Positions 11,403 to 21,558 of a DNA stretch of 64,000 bases are shown here, piece by piece (position 1 is the first letter of the stretch; each line of letters begins with the position of its first letter). The stretch covers positions 4,256,001-4,320,000 of the forward strand of contig OZ223209.1 of assembly GCA_965140415.1 (NCBI GenBank), written 5' to 3'. Both the position numbers and the translations under genes were made by a program. A model generated the notes under the pieces. It was not told the origin of the DNA. It ran no database searches and worked only from the letters and a program-made list of their open reading frames with translations. Origin of the DNA: Myxococcota bacterium (GTDB lineage: Bacteria > Myxococcota_A > SURF-8).

Positions 11403-12374
11403 TCAGCCGCGTATGCGGTTCATACGCTGGTGGACCTCTTCGGCTTCGGCCATGATTTCGGCCACGATGTCTTTCGCCGGCATGATCTTGTTTTTCAGCC
11501 CGATGGCTTGCGAGCAGGAGACCGTCCCGGCTTCCAGCACACCGGTTTCGTACATATCCCGAGCCGCCTGGCCGGAAACGTAGGGGAGGATATCTTCCAG
11601 CCCACCGCCCTTGGCTTCGATTTCGATGGTCTTCTTGGCCGGTTCGTTCAACCACACGCGGTGAGCGAAGCCGATCGATTCCATAATGATGTCCGTGTCC
11701 AGCTCGGTCGCCTGGCATAAGGCCTGTTTCAGATCGTAATGAATCGGGCATTCTTCCGAAAGCATGAAGCGCGAACCGATGATTGCCGCCTCCGCACCGA
11801 GAGAAAGCACCGAATACAGTCCGCGTCCGTCCATCACGCCGCCGCCGCCAACCACCGGAATGTCTATGGCGTTGACCGTGCTTGGCACCAGCACCAGCGT
11901 GGTAACGTTCAGCGTTCCGGTCGCACCGCCGTTTTCGTAACCGACGACCGTCACCGCATCCGCACCCATCGCCGCGACCTTCTTCGCATAACGAACGCCA
12001 ACGCACTTATGAATCCAGGTGATGCCGTATTGTTTGAACAGATCCACCAGTTCAGCCGGAGCGCCAAAACCGGAGGTCTCCACAATTTTCACACCTTCCT
12101 CGGCCAGCACTTCGACAAATGCCTTGTTATCCGGCGGAGCAAGCATGGGAAACAAATTGATATTGACGCCGAACGGCTTATCCGTCAGATCTTTCGTGCG
12201 CTTCAATTCGTCGCGCAGTTTCTCGGTATCCTTGAAAATAGCCGAGGCGATAATGCCTAGCGCACCAGCGTTTGAAATCGCAGCGACGAAAGGTGCCGTC
12301 GCCAGATCCATCATCGTGCCGCCGATAATCGGCGTTTCGATTCCCAATAGTTCCGTAATGCGAGTCTTGAACAC
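11403..12374 (-). CDS. Nitronate monooxygenase / FabK-like flavoenzyme
   Basis: FKTRITELLGIETPII, KPFGVN and GGGVMDGRG motifs. Confidence 0.85.
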   Translation of the reverse strand: MFKTRITELLGIETPIIGGTMMDLATAPFVAAISNAGALGIIASAIFKDTEKLRDELKRTKDLTDKPFGVNINLFPMLAPPDNKAFVEVLAEEGVKIVETSGFGAPAELVDLFKQYGITWIHKCVGVRYAKKVAAMGADAVTVVGYENGGATGTLNVTTLVLVPSTVNAIDIPVVGGGGVMDGRGLYSVLSLGAEAAIIGSRFMLSEECPIHYDLKQALCQATELDTDIIMESIGFAHRVWLNEPAKKTIEIEAKGGGLEDILPYVSGQAARDMYETGVLEAGTVSCSQAIGLKNKIMPAKDIVAEIMAEAEEVHQRMNRIRG

Positions 12375-12441
12375 GGCTAAATCCTCCAGAGTGATGTGTT
12401 ACGGTAATAGCTGGAATTATGCTACTCCATTTTCAGCATCT

Positions 12442-15400
12442 TTACCACTTTTTCGAATTGGCCAATCTTCTGCGTCGCACTACGAAAATCAAAAGACCGG
12501 CAACGAACCAACCTGCAAAACCGCCAGTCGTGGGCGGCTGCGAACATCCGCCGTCATCTACTGTTTCGGTTTCCAAATCGCCATCGACGACATCCCCATC
12601 GGACTCGCTGTCGCCATCGATTTCATCGCCATCCACCAAGTCACCGTCAATCACATCGCCGTCGACGACATCCCCATCCTTTTCACTGTCGCCATCGACT
12701 GCGTCGCCATCAACCTGATCTCCGTCCGGCAAGTCACCATCAATCCCATCGCCGTCTACAGAATCCCCGTCAATGACATCTCCATCGACGACATCGCCAT
12801 CAGGCAGATCACCATCGATGCCGTCTCCATCGGGTGCATCGCCATCCGGATCGGGCAGCAGATCGCCGCACTGGCACTCGGGAATATTCTGGGCATCCAA
12901 CTGGCAGGCATTGAATTCACGATTCTGTTGCAGGCAGTATTCCTCGCAGTTTTGCGCGCGCCAGGTTCCCTGATCGCAAACACAGGTGTTGATCGTCTCC
13001 ACGCAATGTCCTAGCTGCCAGGGCAAACAGGGGCCGTAGCAATTTCCCGGCTCGTAAACTTCGGTCACGCCTTCCGCTGCCACGATATGCACCGTTTTTT
13101 CCGTCTTGACGACGTTGTCGCCTTCATCGGTGACGCTCAAACCGATCACGTAATCCCCAACCTCATCGAAGCTATAAATGAACCACATCTGCGAGGCGTT
13201 CTTTTCTGCCGGGGTCTCATCGTCGATGGTCCAGTTCCACTCGATGATGCCGCGATCATCCAACGTACCCGCGCCGCTGAAAACCATGCGCTCTCCGACC
13301 ACACCGTACTCCTCTGCAAAGATCGCCGGTTCGGGAGGAGTCTCATCGATCATTGCGGTGACGCTGGCATTCAGTAAACCCGGCGCCCAAACTTTTCCAT
13401 AACCCCAGCCGATATCCGGCGTCGTACGATTTAACGTGCGGTCCGATCCAAGCATGTACGCCTTACGTACGCCTGCCGGGTCCAGGTTCGGCGCGTACTG
13501 CAACAACAACGCCGTAATTCCCGCCATCAGCGGAGAAGACGAACTGGTGCCGCTGAACATGGTGTAGGCTCCATGATCGAAATGATCTCCATTTGGATTG
13601 TAGTTGGTATAATACGGCAATGGCGCGCGCTGCTCCCAGGTTCCACTTACGGTGACGATCGGTTTGCCGTCGATGCGCAAGCCCCGCCCGCTGTAGTAAG
13701 TCAATCCTTCCTGTCCGCCGGTATGATCGTGGGCGGCCACGCCGATTCCGGCGTCGCTGGTGCTGGGGAAATCGGCGGTGGTAATATGCGCGGTGGCTTC
13801 ACTGCCGTTATTGGCATCGGAGGTAAAAACCGCCCCGTAAAAGAAGGATGATACGTTGTCGCCAACGAAACCGACCACATCCACCGGCACTCGTCCCCGG
13901 TTGACCAGACGGAATTTGCGCGGAAGCGTCAAGGCCGATTCGTCTTCCATCCAGTAGATAATTTCAATATTATCCGTACCACGCTCGCTTTCACCCATTG
14001 TCACCCATTCAACCGCGCCGCTCTCATCCCACAAATAGCCGCTCTTCAATTCGCGACCGAACATACCATTGGGTACCCATACGAATATATCCTGATCCGG
14101 TCGCCTCCAGCGGAAATGCAACGACAGATAGTAAGGATCGCCTACGAAATAGGTAGGATCCAGCGCAACCGAAATTTCGTGGCTGCCACCAGCCGGCACA
14201 CGGAAACGTGCGGCTTTCTTGGAACTATGGAAATTGCAGGTCGGGTTGATCTGCACCATGCCCGCCGCTTCGGCTTCATTCATTGCAAGAGAATCGTTGG
14301 CGGAGCCATCCAGCGGAGCCGGTCCATTTACGCACCATTCGTGCAACGCGATATCCGCGCCTGCATCCGCGCAGAAAGAGAGCGTCGCCGCCAGATGGGA
14401 AAGTCCGCCCTCGCCTTCTCCCTCGTAATAGCTGCTGATAATGCTCTCCACCAGCACCAGTTCGGCGTCGTATGCCACGCCGCGCAGACGATGCCCCGGA
14501 TGCCCCGAAGCGCTGATGCCCGAAGTTCCCGTTCCGTGAGAGCCAGTGCCCTGGCGGTCGAAAGGATAGTTGATGAGGTTATCGCCACGAGTATACACGC
14601 CCAGTTGCTGGGTGTAATAATCATAGGTATAAGCGATTTTCACCTTGCTGGTGCCCAGTCCGACCAGAAGTTCCCCCACGTCGAGTTGGTTGTTCTCGTT
14701 GTCGTCCAATACATAAAACAGCCGCTCTCCGTAGCAGGGATCTTGTTCCGTGAATCCTTGATCCGGGCCGAAGTTGCGCTGATGATCTTCGTTGGCATCG
14801 TTGTATAAATGATCGAGATCCGCCTGGAATACACCGTCGTTGTTGCTGATCTGACCCCATTCGCTGATGACGGCATCGAAGAAATCAAGAATCTCGCCAG
14901 TGTCCGCAATATCGTTGCCGTTTAAATCCACCGCGTCCACCCCGGGAGTAAACGCCTGATCCAGATCGACGTCGATCCAGGAGAACTCGCCGCCATCGCT
15001 TTTAAAATACGCCGGATGAAAAAGATCCACCGTGGAATCGTCGATGCAAACCGTGGAACCCAAGCCCGTTACAGGCTGCTCATTCTGATCGCTGTAATTT
15101 TCATAAACCTGATCGATGCCGTTTGAAACTCGCGCCGTTTCCATGGGACGCAGGATTTTCGCCAGTCCCGGCTCGATGCGCGATACCGTTGCAATCGTCG
15201 CCACACGTTCAAGATCCGCTCGCTTTATCGAACCTGGATAAACGCGCCCGACATGCATCCAGCGACCGTCGTGAACGATTGGACGAAAACCGGCCTGCTG
15301 CAATCTCTGACGCTCGGCGACATCCGGGAGAAATTCCAATCTTAAGGAAACGGCCCGCAGATCCAGATCGGTCGCTTTCAACGCGGGAATGCCCGGCATG

Positions 15401-15525
15401 GACATCGGAGCCAAGAGCGAAGGATGAATTTTTTCCTGCTTATCCAGAGCCATAGCGCTGGTAAAACCCAAACAGGAATAGAGTAAAAAGAGAAGGCAAA
15501 GGGCGCGTACGGCAGATCGTTTCAT
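12442..15525 (-). CDS. Secreted S8 (subtilisin-like) peptidase with PKD-like domain, DGD repeats and MYXO-CTERM-like anchor
   Basis: Triad motifs IDDS..D..HP, SHGTGTSG and FSGTSSSSP; C-terminal GGC + TM + RRRR; GGAGG RBS before 15525. Confidence 0.8.
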   Translation of the reverse strand: MKRSAVRALCLLFLLYSCLGFTSAMALDKQEKIHPSLLAPMSMPGIPALKATDLDLRAVSLRLEFLPDVAERQRLQQAGFRPIVHDGRWMHVGRVYPGSIKRADLERVATIATVSRIEPGLAKILRPMETARVSNGIDQVYENYSDQNEQPVTGLGSTVCIDDSTVDLFHPAYFKSDGGEFSWIDVDLDQAFTPGVDAVDLNGNDIADTGEILDFFDAVISEWGQISNNDGVFQADLDHLYNDANEDHQRNFGPDQGFTEQDPCYGERLFYVLDDNENNQLDVGELLVGLGTSKVKIAYTYDYYTQQLGVYTRGDNLINYPFDRQGTGSHGTGTSGISASGHPGHRLRGVAYDAELVLVESIISSYYEGEGEGGLSHLAATLSFCADAGADIALHEWCVNGPAPLDGSANDSLAMNEAEAAGMVQINPTCNFHSSKKAARFRVPAGGSHEISVALDPTYFVGDPYYLSLHFRWRRPDQDIFVWVPNGMFGRELKSGYLWDESGAVEWVTMGESERGTDNIEIIYWMEDESALTLPRKFRLVNRGRVPVDVVGFVGDNVSSFFYGAVFTSDANNGSEATAHITTADFPSTSDAGIGVAAHDHTGGQEGLTYYSGRGLRIDGKPIVTVSGTWEQRAPLPYYTNYNPNGDHFDHGAYTMFSGTSSSSPLMAGITALLLQYAPNLDPAGVRKAYMLGSDRTLNRTTPDIGWGYGKVWAPGLLNASVTAMIDETPPEPAIFAEEYGVVGERMVFSGAGTLDDRGIIEWNWTIDDETPAEKNASQMWFIYSFDEVGDYVIGLSVTDEGDNVVKTEKTVHIVAAEGVTEVYEPGNCYGPCLPWQLGHCVETINTCVCDQGTWRAQNCEEYCLQQNREFNACQLDAQNIPECQCGDLLPDPDGDAPDGDGIDGDLPDGDVVDGDVIDGDSVDGDGIDGDLPDGDQVDGDAVDGDSEKDGDVVDGDVIDGDLVDGDEIDGDSESDGDVVDGDLETETVDDGGCSQPPTTGGFAGWFVAGLLIFVVRRRRLANSKKW
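12575..12860 (-). repeat. Intragenic 15-bp repeats encoding DGDxx pentapeptides
   Basis: Repeated DGDAP/DGDGI/DGDLP/DGDVV units in the protease linker. Confidence 0.85.
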
Positions 15526-16187
15526 CGGTGATTCCTCCAAATACGAAACAACACAAATACAGAGAACCAGACTGCCACCGCTGATGTCCGCTGTCAACAG
15601 GTTTTATCGTTTTTCGATAAACCCACTTTTCGCATCGGTGTGCTAGCCGGGTTGGGTTTTGGCAAAATCGATAGACATGAAAAGCTGCTTTCTACGATTT
15701 TGTAAGACCGTTCTACTTCGACCGTAGACCGACAGTAAATGACACGAAAACGACATCAACTGACCGTAAACGCACAGTAAAAAATTCACTGAATTTGCCA
15801 CATATCCTAGCAAATAAGCAAACAGGCCACTTTTGCGACTGATACTGAAAATCAAGTGGTCATCTGCGGTCATTTCGTGTGGTTTTTGTGCGATTCTACT
15901 GTAGTTTTAGTGCGGTTTTTGTACGTTTGCCGCCGCGTAGTGGCAGAACTTGCTTCGCGGTTGCTACAGATATAAGCCATTATCAGGATATTTTACAGCA
16001 TAAAACTTGCTGTACTCGGTTCTTGAGAACAAGCTACAATTTCTGAAACCGTCCCAAAGTTCTCACATTCAATTTTCCCCGCCCGCCAGCCATCATAATT
16101 TCATTGTGATTCCGGCAAACTTGAGTACACTGCATGCTGTCGCATAGGCCGGAAAAAGACTTCTAAAGAAGAAACAAGATTAAACGC

Positions 16188-17546
16188 ATGACCCAGTCAC
16201 CGAAAACCACCAACCTGACGCAACTACCCATGAACCGGGCGATTTTGACGATGGCGATTCCTGCCAGCGGAGCGATGGTCATCGAATCTTTGTATCATTT
16301 GGTAGACACGTTCTGGGTCGGCAAACTGGGCGCGTTGCCATTAGCCGCCGCCAGCGCGACTTCCTTCGTATTATGGATGCTGATGTCTTTCGGCGATTTA
16401 ACCGGCGTTGCCGCCAATGCGTTAAGCGCCCAGGAAGTCGGAGCCAATCGCAGCGAGCGCGTCAAGGAACATCTCGGCCAATGCCTGAGCCTGGCGCTAA
16501 TCTTGAGCGTCGCTTTTCTGCTTATCATGCTGCCCTTGCGACAGGTTCTGTTTGGCTGGCTGAATCTGGAAGTAGAGGTCAGCTCCCTGGCGGTTGAATA
16601 CCTGCTTCCCTGGCTATTGGGATTGCCGGTGATATTTTCCGCCATCACGGTCAATGCCGCCTTTCGCGGCGTCGGCGATGCGAAAACGCCGATGCTGCTG
16701 ATGGGCATTGCAGTTATTTTCAATGCCATACTCGACCCTCTTTTCATTTTCGGCCTGGGACCGATTCCCGGCATGGGTTTGACAGGCGCTGCCTGGGTGA
16801 CGGTCGCCGCTCACGCCGTGATTCTGGCTATCGGTTTGAAGATTCTGCGTAAACGCGAGTTATTACCCCGTTTTTCACTGCGCCAACTGAAAGTTCCCTG
16901 GGATGACGCCCGCAGAATTATTTCGGTTGGCCTGCCCATCGCCTTAAACGGCGCGTTTTTCAGCTTGATTTACATCGGCTTGACCTGGGTAATCGCTTCG
17001 TTCGGTTCGACTCCTATCGCCGCTTTGGGAATCGGCCATCGCATGGAGGCGTTCCCATGGTTTATCGCCTACGGTTTCTCTATCGCCGCCGCCAGCTTGA
17101 TCGGGCAATACGTCGGCGCGGGACAACCCGAGCAAGCTGAAAAAGCCGCCTGGCGCACCGGCTTCGTTGCGCTGGCTTTCGAAGCGGTCTTCGCGGTATT
17201 GATCTTGATCTGGGTGGAACCCATCGTTCGTTTTTTCATCGACGATCCGGCGGTGGTTTCGCAGTCGGCGGTGTATCTGCGAATCGTGGCGGTCTGCTGG
17301 CTGATCGGCGTGTTCGAAGTCGTTTTAGAGGGCGCTTTCGGCGGCGCCGGAGACACCCTGCCCCCTTTGTTGATCGGCGTGATTTTCACCGCGTTGCGCA
17401 TCCCCGCCGCCTATCTTTTCGCCATTGTGCTGGATGGCGGTATCGTGGCGGTCTGGTGGACCATCGGGCTTTCTTCGGCAGTGAAAGGCGCGTTGTTGAT
17501 TTTCTGGTTCAAGCGTGGAAAATGGAAACGGAAGCGGCTGGTGTGA
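16188..17546 (+). CDS. MATE family efflux transporter
   Basis: About 12 TM helices; LVDTFWVGKLG, RGVGDAKTP and GAGDTLPP motifs. Confidence 0.92.
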   Translation: MTQSPKTTNLTQLPMNRAILTMAIPASGAMVIESLYHLVDTFWVGKLGALPLAAASATSFVLWMLMSFGDLTGVAANALSAQEVGANRSERVKEHLGQCLSLALILSVAFLLIMLPLRQVLFGWLNLEVEVSSLAVEYLLPWLLGLPVIFSAITVNAAFRGVGDAKTPMLLMGIAVIFNAILDPLFIFGLGPIPGMGLTGAAWVTVAAHAVILAIGLKILRKRELLPRFSLRQLKVPWDDARRIISVGLPIALNGAFFSLIYIGLTWVIASFGSTPIAALGIGHRMEAFPWFIAYGFSIAAASLIGQYVGAGQPEQAEKAAWRTGFVALAFEAVFAVLILIWVEPIVRFFIDDPAVVSQSAVYLRIVAVCWLIGVFEVVLEGAFGGAGDTLPPLLIGVIFTALRIPAAYLFAIVLDGGIVAVWWTIGLSSAVKGALLIFWFKRGKWKRKRLV

Positions 17547-17711
17547 TCTGATATATATCCGCTTATATTTCTACTAGGCATTCAGAATTACCAGCTTCGC
17601 CTAACCGCTTACTCTCTTTGTTGGTTCAAGGCTCCTGTCTTGAACCACAGGTTTTTGATCGGGGCTCCCGTCCCGACCACAAAGACAAACGTCAGGAGCA
17701 GGACAGGAGCC

Positions 17712-19017
17712 CACAGCTGTCCCGCTAACTTCCAGGTTCAGCGCTACAACTACTTATTATTACAGATTGAATTTGTGATTATCAGGTGTCCGCGATAGTT
17801 TTTCTGCATTTCGAATAGTCAAGAAATGCAGGAGATCAAAATGACACAGACTGTCTTTTCGCAAGTGCTCGACTATTTGCCGGATCGCCATTTCCGCCGT
17901 TGTGTCAATCGCTATCAGGGGAACAAGCGCATTCGTACCTTTTCCTGTATGGATCAATTCATTTGCATGGCATTTGCCCAGCTGGCCTACCGCGAAAGCC
18001 TGCGCGATATTGAAGCGACCTTGCGGGCTATTCAGCTGAAACTTTATCACATGGGTCTGCGTGGAAAAGTCTCTCGCAACACACTGGCCAGAGCGAATGA
18101 AAAACGCGACTGGCGCATTTACGCAGATCTCGCTCAGCCCCTGATACGGCGCGCCCGCGCGCTGTATGCGGACGAGAAGCTCGCCGTCGACCTAGACGCC
18201 ACCACCTACGCGCTCGACACGACAGCGATTGATTTGAGTTTGTCGCTTTTTCCATGGGCCAAATTCACGCGATACAATGGATCATTGCGTCTTCACACGC
18301 AAATGGACCTTCGCGGACGGATTCCCGCCTTTATTTCCATTACGGACGGCAAGAGCCATGACAAGCGTTTACTGGATATTCTGCCTTTGGAAGCGGGCGC
18401 ATTTTATATCATGGATCGCGGTTATGTCGATTACGGACGCATGCATCGCATCCATCGGGCGGGAGCCTTCTTCATTCTTAGAGCCAGCAAGAACACCAGC
18501 ACAAAGCGAATCTATTCACACCCCATCGACAAGAGCTTGGGATTGCGCGCCGATCAGACCGTGAGCTTCGTGGACCGTGCTTCCATTCGACGCTATCCGG
18601 ATCATGTGCGGCGAATCAACTACATCGATCCAGAATCGAACACCCGATTTGTCTGGCTGACCAACAACTTTGATCTTTCTTCGGAAACGATTCCGGACTT
18701 GTACCGGCTGCGGTGGAGTATCGAAGTGTTTTTCAAATGGATCAAACAGAATCTGCGAATCAAGGCGTTTTACGGTCGCAGCGCCAATGCGGTAAAGACA
18801 CAAGTGTGGATTTCGATTACGGTTTATCTGTTGGTTGCGATTCTGAAAAAGGATCTGAATCTCGAGCACAGTTTGATGACGATTCTACAGATTTTAAGCG
18901 TCACGCTTTTCGAGGAAAGCCCCATTTTACAGGTGCTAAAGGCAAACGCCTCCCTGCCTACCAATATCCCTTTTGGTAAGCAGTTGGAATTATTCAATAG
19001 TTAACGGGACAGCTGTG
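17712..19017 (+). mobile_element. IS4-family insertion sequence
   Basis: Terminal IRs CACAGCTGTCCCGCTAACT (17712-17730) and AGTTAACGGGACAGCTGTG (18999-19017), one mismatch, flanking a transposase. Confidence 0.9.
17841..19004 (+). CDS. IS4-family DDE transposase (DUF4372-type N-terminus)
   Basis: MDRGY, YRLRWSIEVFFKWIKQNL (YREK signature) and NAVKTQVWI motifs. Confidence 0.93.
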   Translation: MTQTVFSQVLDYLPDRHFRRCVNRYQGNKRIRTFSCMDQFICMAFAQLAYRESLRDIEATLRAIQLKLYHMGLRGKVSRNTLARANEKRDWRIYADLAQPLIRRARALYADEKLAVDLDATTYALDTTAIDLSLSLFPWAKFTRYNGSLRLHTQMDLRGRIPAFISITDGKSHDKRLLDILPLEAGAFYIMDRGYVDYGRMHRIHRAGAFFILRASKNTSTKRIYSHPIDKSLGLRADQTVSFVDRASIRRYPDHVRRINYIDPESNTRFVWLTNNFDLSSETIPDLYRLRWSIEVFFKWIKQNLRIKAFYGRSANAVKTQVWISITVYLLVAILKKDLNLEHSLMTILQILSVTLFEESPILQVLKANASLPTNIPFGKQLELFNS

Positions 19018-19225
19018 GGCGGGAGCCATGATCCAACATCAGACATCCAATTGTCGGGCAGATTGGTGTCGGGCAAGACATTTGCCCTACCTACGAGACT
19101 ACATGCTGATCAACCTAAAAAATTGAGGAAAGCCTACGAATTTTACTATGCATTGCGTCATGCCCGGGGTAGACTCGCTTCCGTTGTTGTTTGAAGTTGT
19201 TTGGTCTGTTGAAAGGTGATTTGTA

Positions 19226-20455
19226 ATGACGAGAATACTGGATCTGCACGCGCATCCGAGCTTGAAAATGTATTATCTACCCTACCTGCGCGATACGTTT
19301 CATGCTGCGGTCTATGCGGGAAACCACTGGAATCCGCTGTCGTTTCGCACTCAATATCACAACCTGAAAAGCAGTCCGATCAAAATCATGCTGAACGCCC
19401 ATTACGTCATCGAGAAAGGCTTCGTCGCCCAGGGTATCAAGGCTCCGGCGCGCGCGCTCTCCTGGATGCTCGCGCCATTGTTCTATGGCAAACTGCGCAC
19501 CGCCGATCCATGGAAAACGCTGATGGGCATGATGGATACGCTGGAAAACAGCATCACCAAAACGAACCGCTGGGTCTTGCCCGGAAAGAAAAAATTCAAG
19601 CTGATCAGACGCTATAGCGAAATCGCCGATCTGCAAGATAACGAGATGGCCTTTATTCATGCCATCGAGGGCAGTCACGCGCTGGGATACGGACCCGAAA
19701 AGGACGAATCGCTGGAGCAGTTCTGGGCGAAAACCGAGCGCCGCCTAAAATATTTGAAAGAGCGCGGCGTCTGCATGATTACCCTGGCCCACTTCTGGGA
19801 TAACGTATTCGCGCCCCAGACCGACGGTACCGAGGTCATCACGAAGGAAGTAAGCGGCAAGGTGCTGCCTACCTACGACGACGTGCTGGTGCATATGAGA
19901 CGGGCGGAATGGTCCTTCGACGACCGCAACCGCCTGGCGGAACGCTTTGCCCGCAAGTTATTCGAATTGGGCATCGTCATCGATCTCGCTCACGTGCAGC
20001 CGCACGCCCGGCAGCGCATTTACGAACTGGCGGAAGAATACAATCGTCCGATTATCGCCTCGCATAACGGGCTAACTCATTTCTTCGACCACGAATACAA
20101 CCTGACCGACGCCGAAATCAAGCGCTTCCACAAACTGGGCGGCGTCATCGGCCTGATTTTGTCGCGCCGCTGGCTGGTGGACCCGATCAAGCGACACAAG
20201 GCCGATACTCCCGGCATTCCCGATTTGGTTGAAAACATGGTGTATATTCGGGATCTGGTGGGCGACGTCTCCTGCATCGGTCTTGGAACCGATTTCGACG
20301 GGCTGACCCATCCCTTTAAAGACTGCTACAAGCCCAGCCAGTTGCATCGTATCGCTGAAGCCATGAGCAAGCACTTCAGCGAGGATGAAATCGATCAGAT
20401 TCTGTATCGCAATTCCCTGCGCGCACTGGAGCGTGGCTGGACCGAACAGCGCTAG
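19226..20455 (+). CDS. Membrane dipeptidase family (M19) amidohydrolase
   Basis: DLHAH, IEG, IDLAH, IASH and GLGTDFDG motifs. Confidence 0.85.
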   Translation: MTRILDLHAHPSLKMYYLPYLRDTFHAAVYAGNHWNPLSFRTQYHNLKSSPIKIMLNAHYVIEKGFVAQGIKAPARALSWMLAPLFYGKLRTADPWKTLMGMMDTLENSITKTNRWVLPGKKKFKLIRRYSEIADLQDNEMAFIHAIEGSHALGYGPEKDESLEQFWAKTERRLKYLKERGVCMITLAHFWDNVFAPQTDGTEVITKEVSGKVLPTYDDVLVHMRRAEWSFDDRNRLAERFARKLFELGIVIDLAHVQPHARQRIYELAEEYNRPIIASHNGLTHFFDHEYNLTDAEIKRFHKLGGVIGLILSRRWLVDPIKRHKADTPGIPDLVENMVYIRDLVGDVSCIGLGTDFDGLTHPFKDCYKPSQLHRIAEAMSKHFSEDEIDQILYRNSLRALERGWTEQR

Positions 20456-20514
20456 TTTCCAAGTTCATATGTTTTCATGATGATGGCGGGCTTTTGTCCC
20501 GCCGTTTTTCATCG

Positions 20515-21237
20515 TCACCAGCGAATCCACTCTCCCTCGTTTTTGCGCACATGGCCGTTGTGCTCGATTCGCGCCAGTCTGTCGTTCTTGCCTTTACGGC
20601 TTAAATGCAAGCGCATCTCATTGCAGCCTAACGGCGTCGGCTCATGGCCCTGGCGGATTTTCCTTAATAGCAGCAAGCTACAGGCGCGCCGACGGCAGAG
20701 CCAGGAAACCGAACGCAGCGCACGCAGAAAAGCGGCACGTTGCGGGCTACGTTCCATCGGGCGATTGCCACCGGAAAGCGCCTGTTGTTCGATGACGCCT
20801 GGCGCGACGATCACCACATCCACCAATAACCTACCGAGCAGGCGAATCAACGCCATCGCCAGTTTCAGCGGCTCGGTTTCCCGCAGAATCAGGGTGGCGT
20901 CCATATCCAAAATGGGAAGCTCATCGCGCAGTTCCTCGAACTCGCCAAAGGGGTCCACCAGCACGACGACGCCGCCCTTCAGTTGCACGTCACGGGCCTG
21001 GATACAGGCGAAACGCCAGAGCTGCCGGGGCTGCTCGCTCCATAATTCCAGGCTGATGCCACGGGGAACGATCCACGGCGCGTTGCGATCCGGCTCAGAC
21101 CGACACACATTGCGCCAATGCTGCATGGCGGGAGAATTCGGATCTTCATGCAGATCCTGCTCGCAATAACGAAGCAAATCCGCCAGCATTTGCTGGGATT
21201 GTTTGGCGCTGCGAATCAAATGGTCGAATGCGGACAT
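20515..21237 (-). CDS. Degenerate RecA-fold protein (ImuA-like)
   Basis: Collinear with the RecA core by eye (PRGISLELW, GGVVVLVD, LVDVVIV, RALRSV), but no Walker A GKT; AAGGAGG RBS. Confidence 0.55.
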   Translation of the reverse strand: MSAFDHLIRSAKQSQQMLADLLRYCEQDLHEDPNSPAMQHWRNVCRSEPDRNAPWIVPRGISLELWSEQPRQLWRFACIQARDVQLKGGVVVLVDPFGEFEELRDELPILDMDATLILRETEPLKLAMALIRLLGRLLVDVVIVAPGVIEQQALSGGNRPMERSPQRAAFLRALRSVSWLCRRRACSLLLLRKIRQGHEPTPLGCNEMRLHLSRKGKNDRLARIEHNGHVRKNEGEWIRW

Positions 21238-21558
21238 GTTTCCTCCTTGGCCAGCGATGTCGATCAACCTGGATCATGCGAAAGCCGTACCAAAGAGAAT
21301 TACATGGAATATCATGTACTTTCATATTTCCAAGTATCATCTGAATGACCGGTTTCCAGCCACTTTCCAATTTTCAAACGCTGTAAATGGTGAATCTGCG
21401 AGGAAAAGTTGGCGAGCCGGAGTCGGTTTCCGCTCGTCTTCCGGTAACCGAAGTATGAGACGATTACTCTTCCAGGTTGCCTCTGACCGTGAGGCATGAT
21501 AGATAGAATGCTTCAAAGGCTTAGGAAAAAAACACGTTTGAAATAGACAGGATGCACG

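Noticed and set aside
15700-15785. Imperfect GACCGTA...ACAGTAAA repeat at 42-bp spacing
   Set aside because: Only two degenerate copies; no function can be supported.
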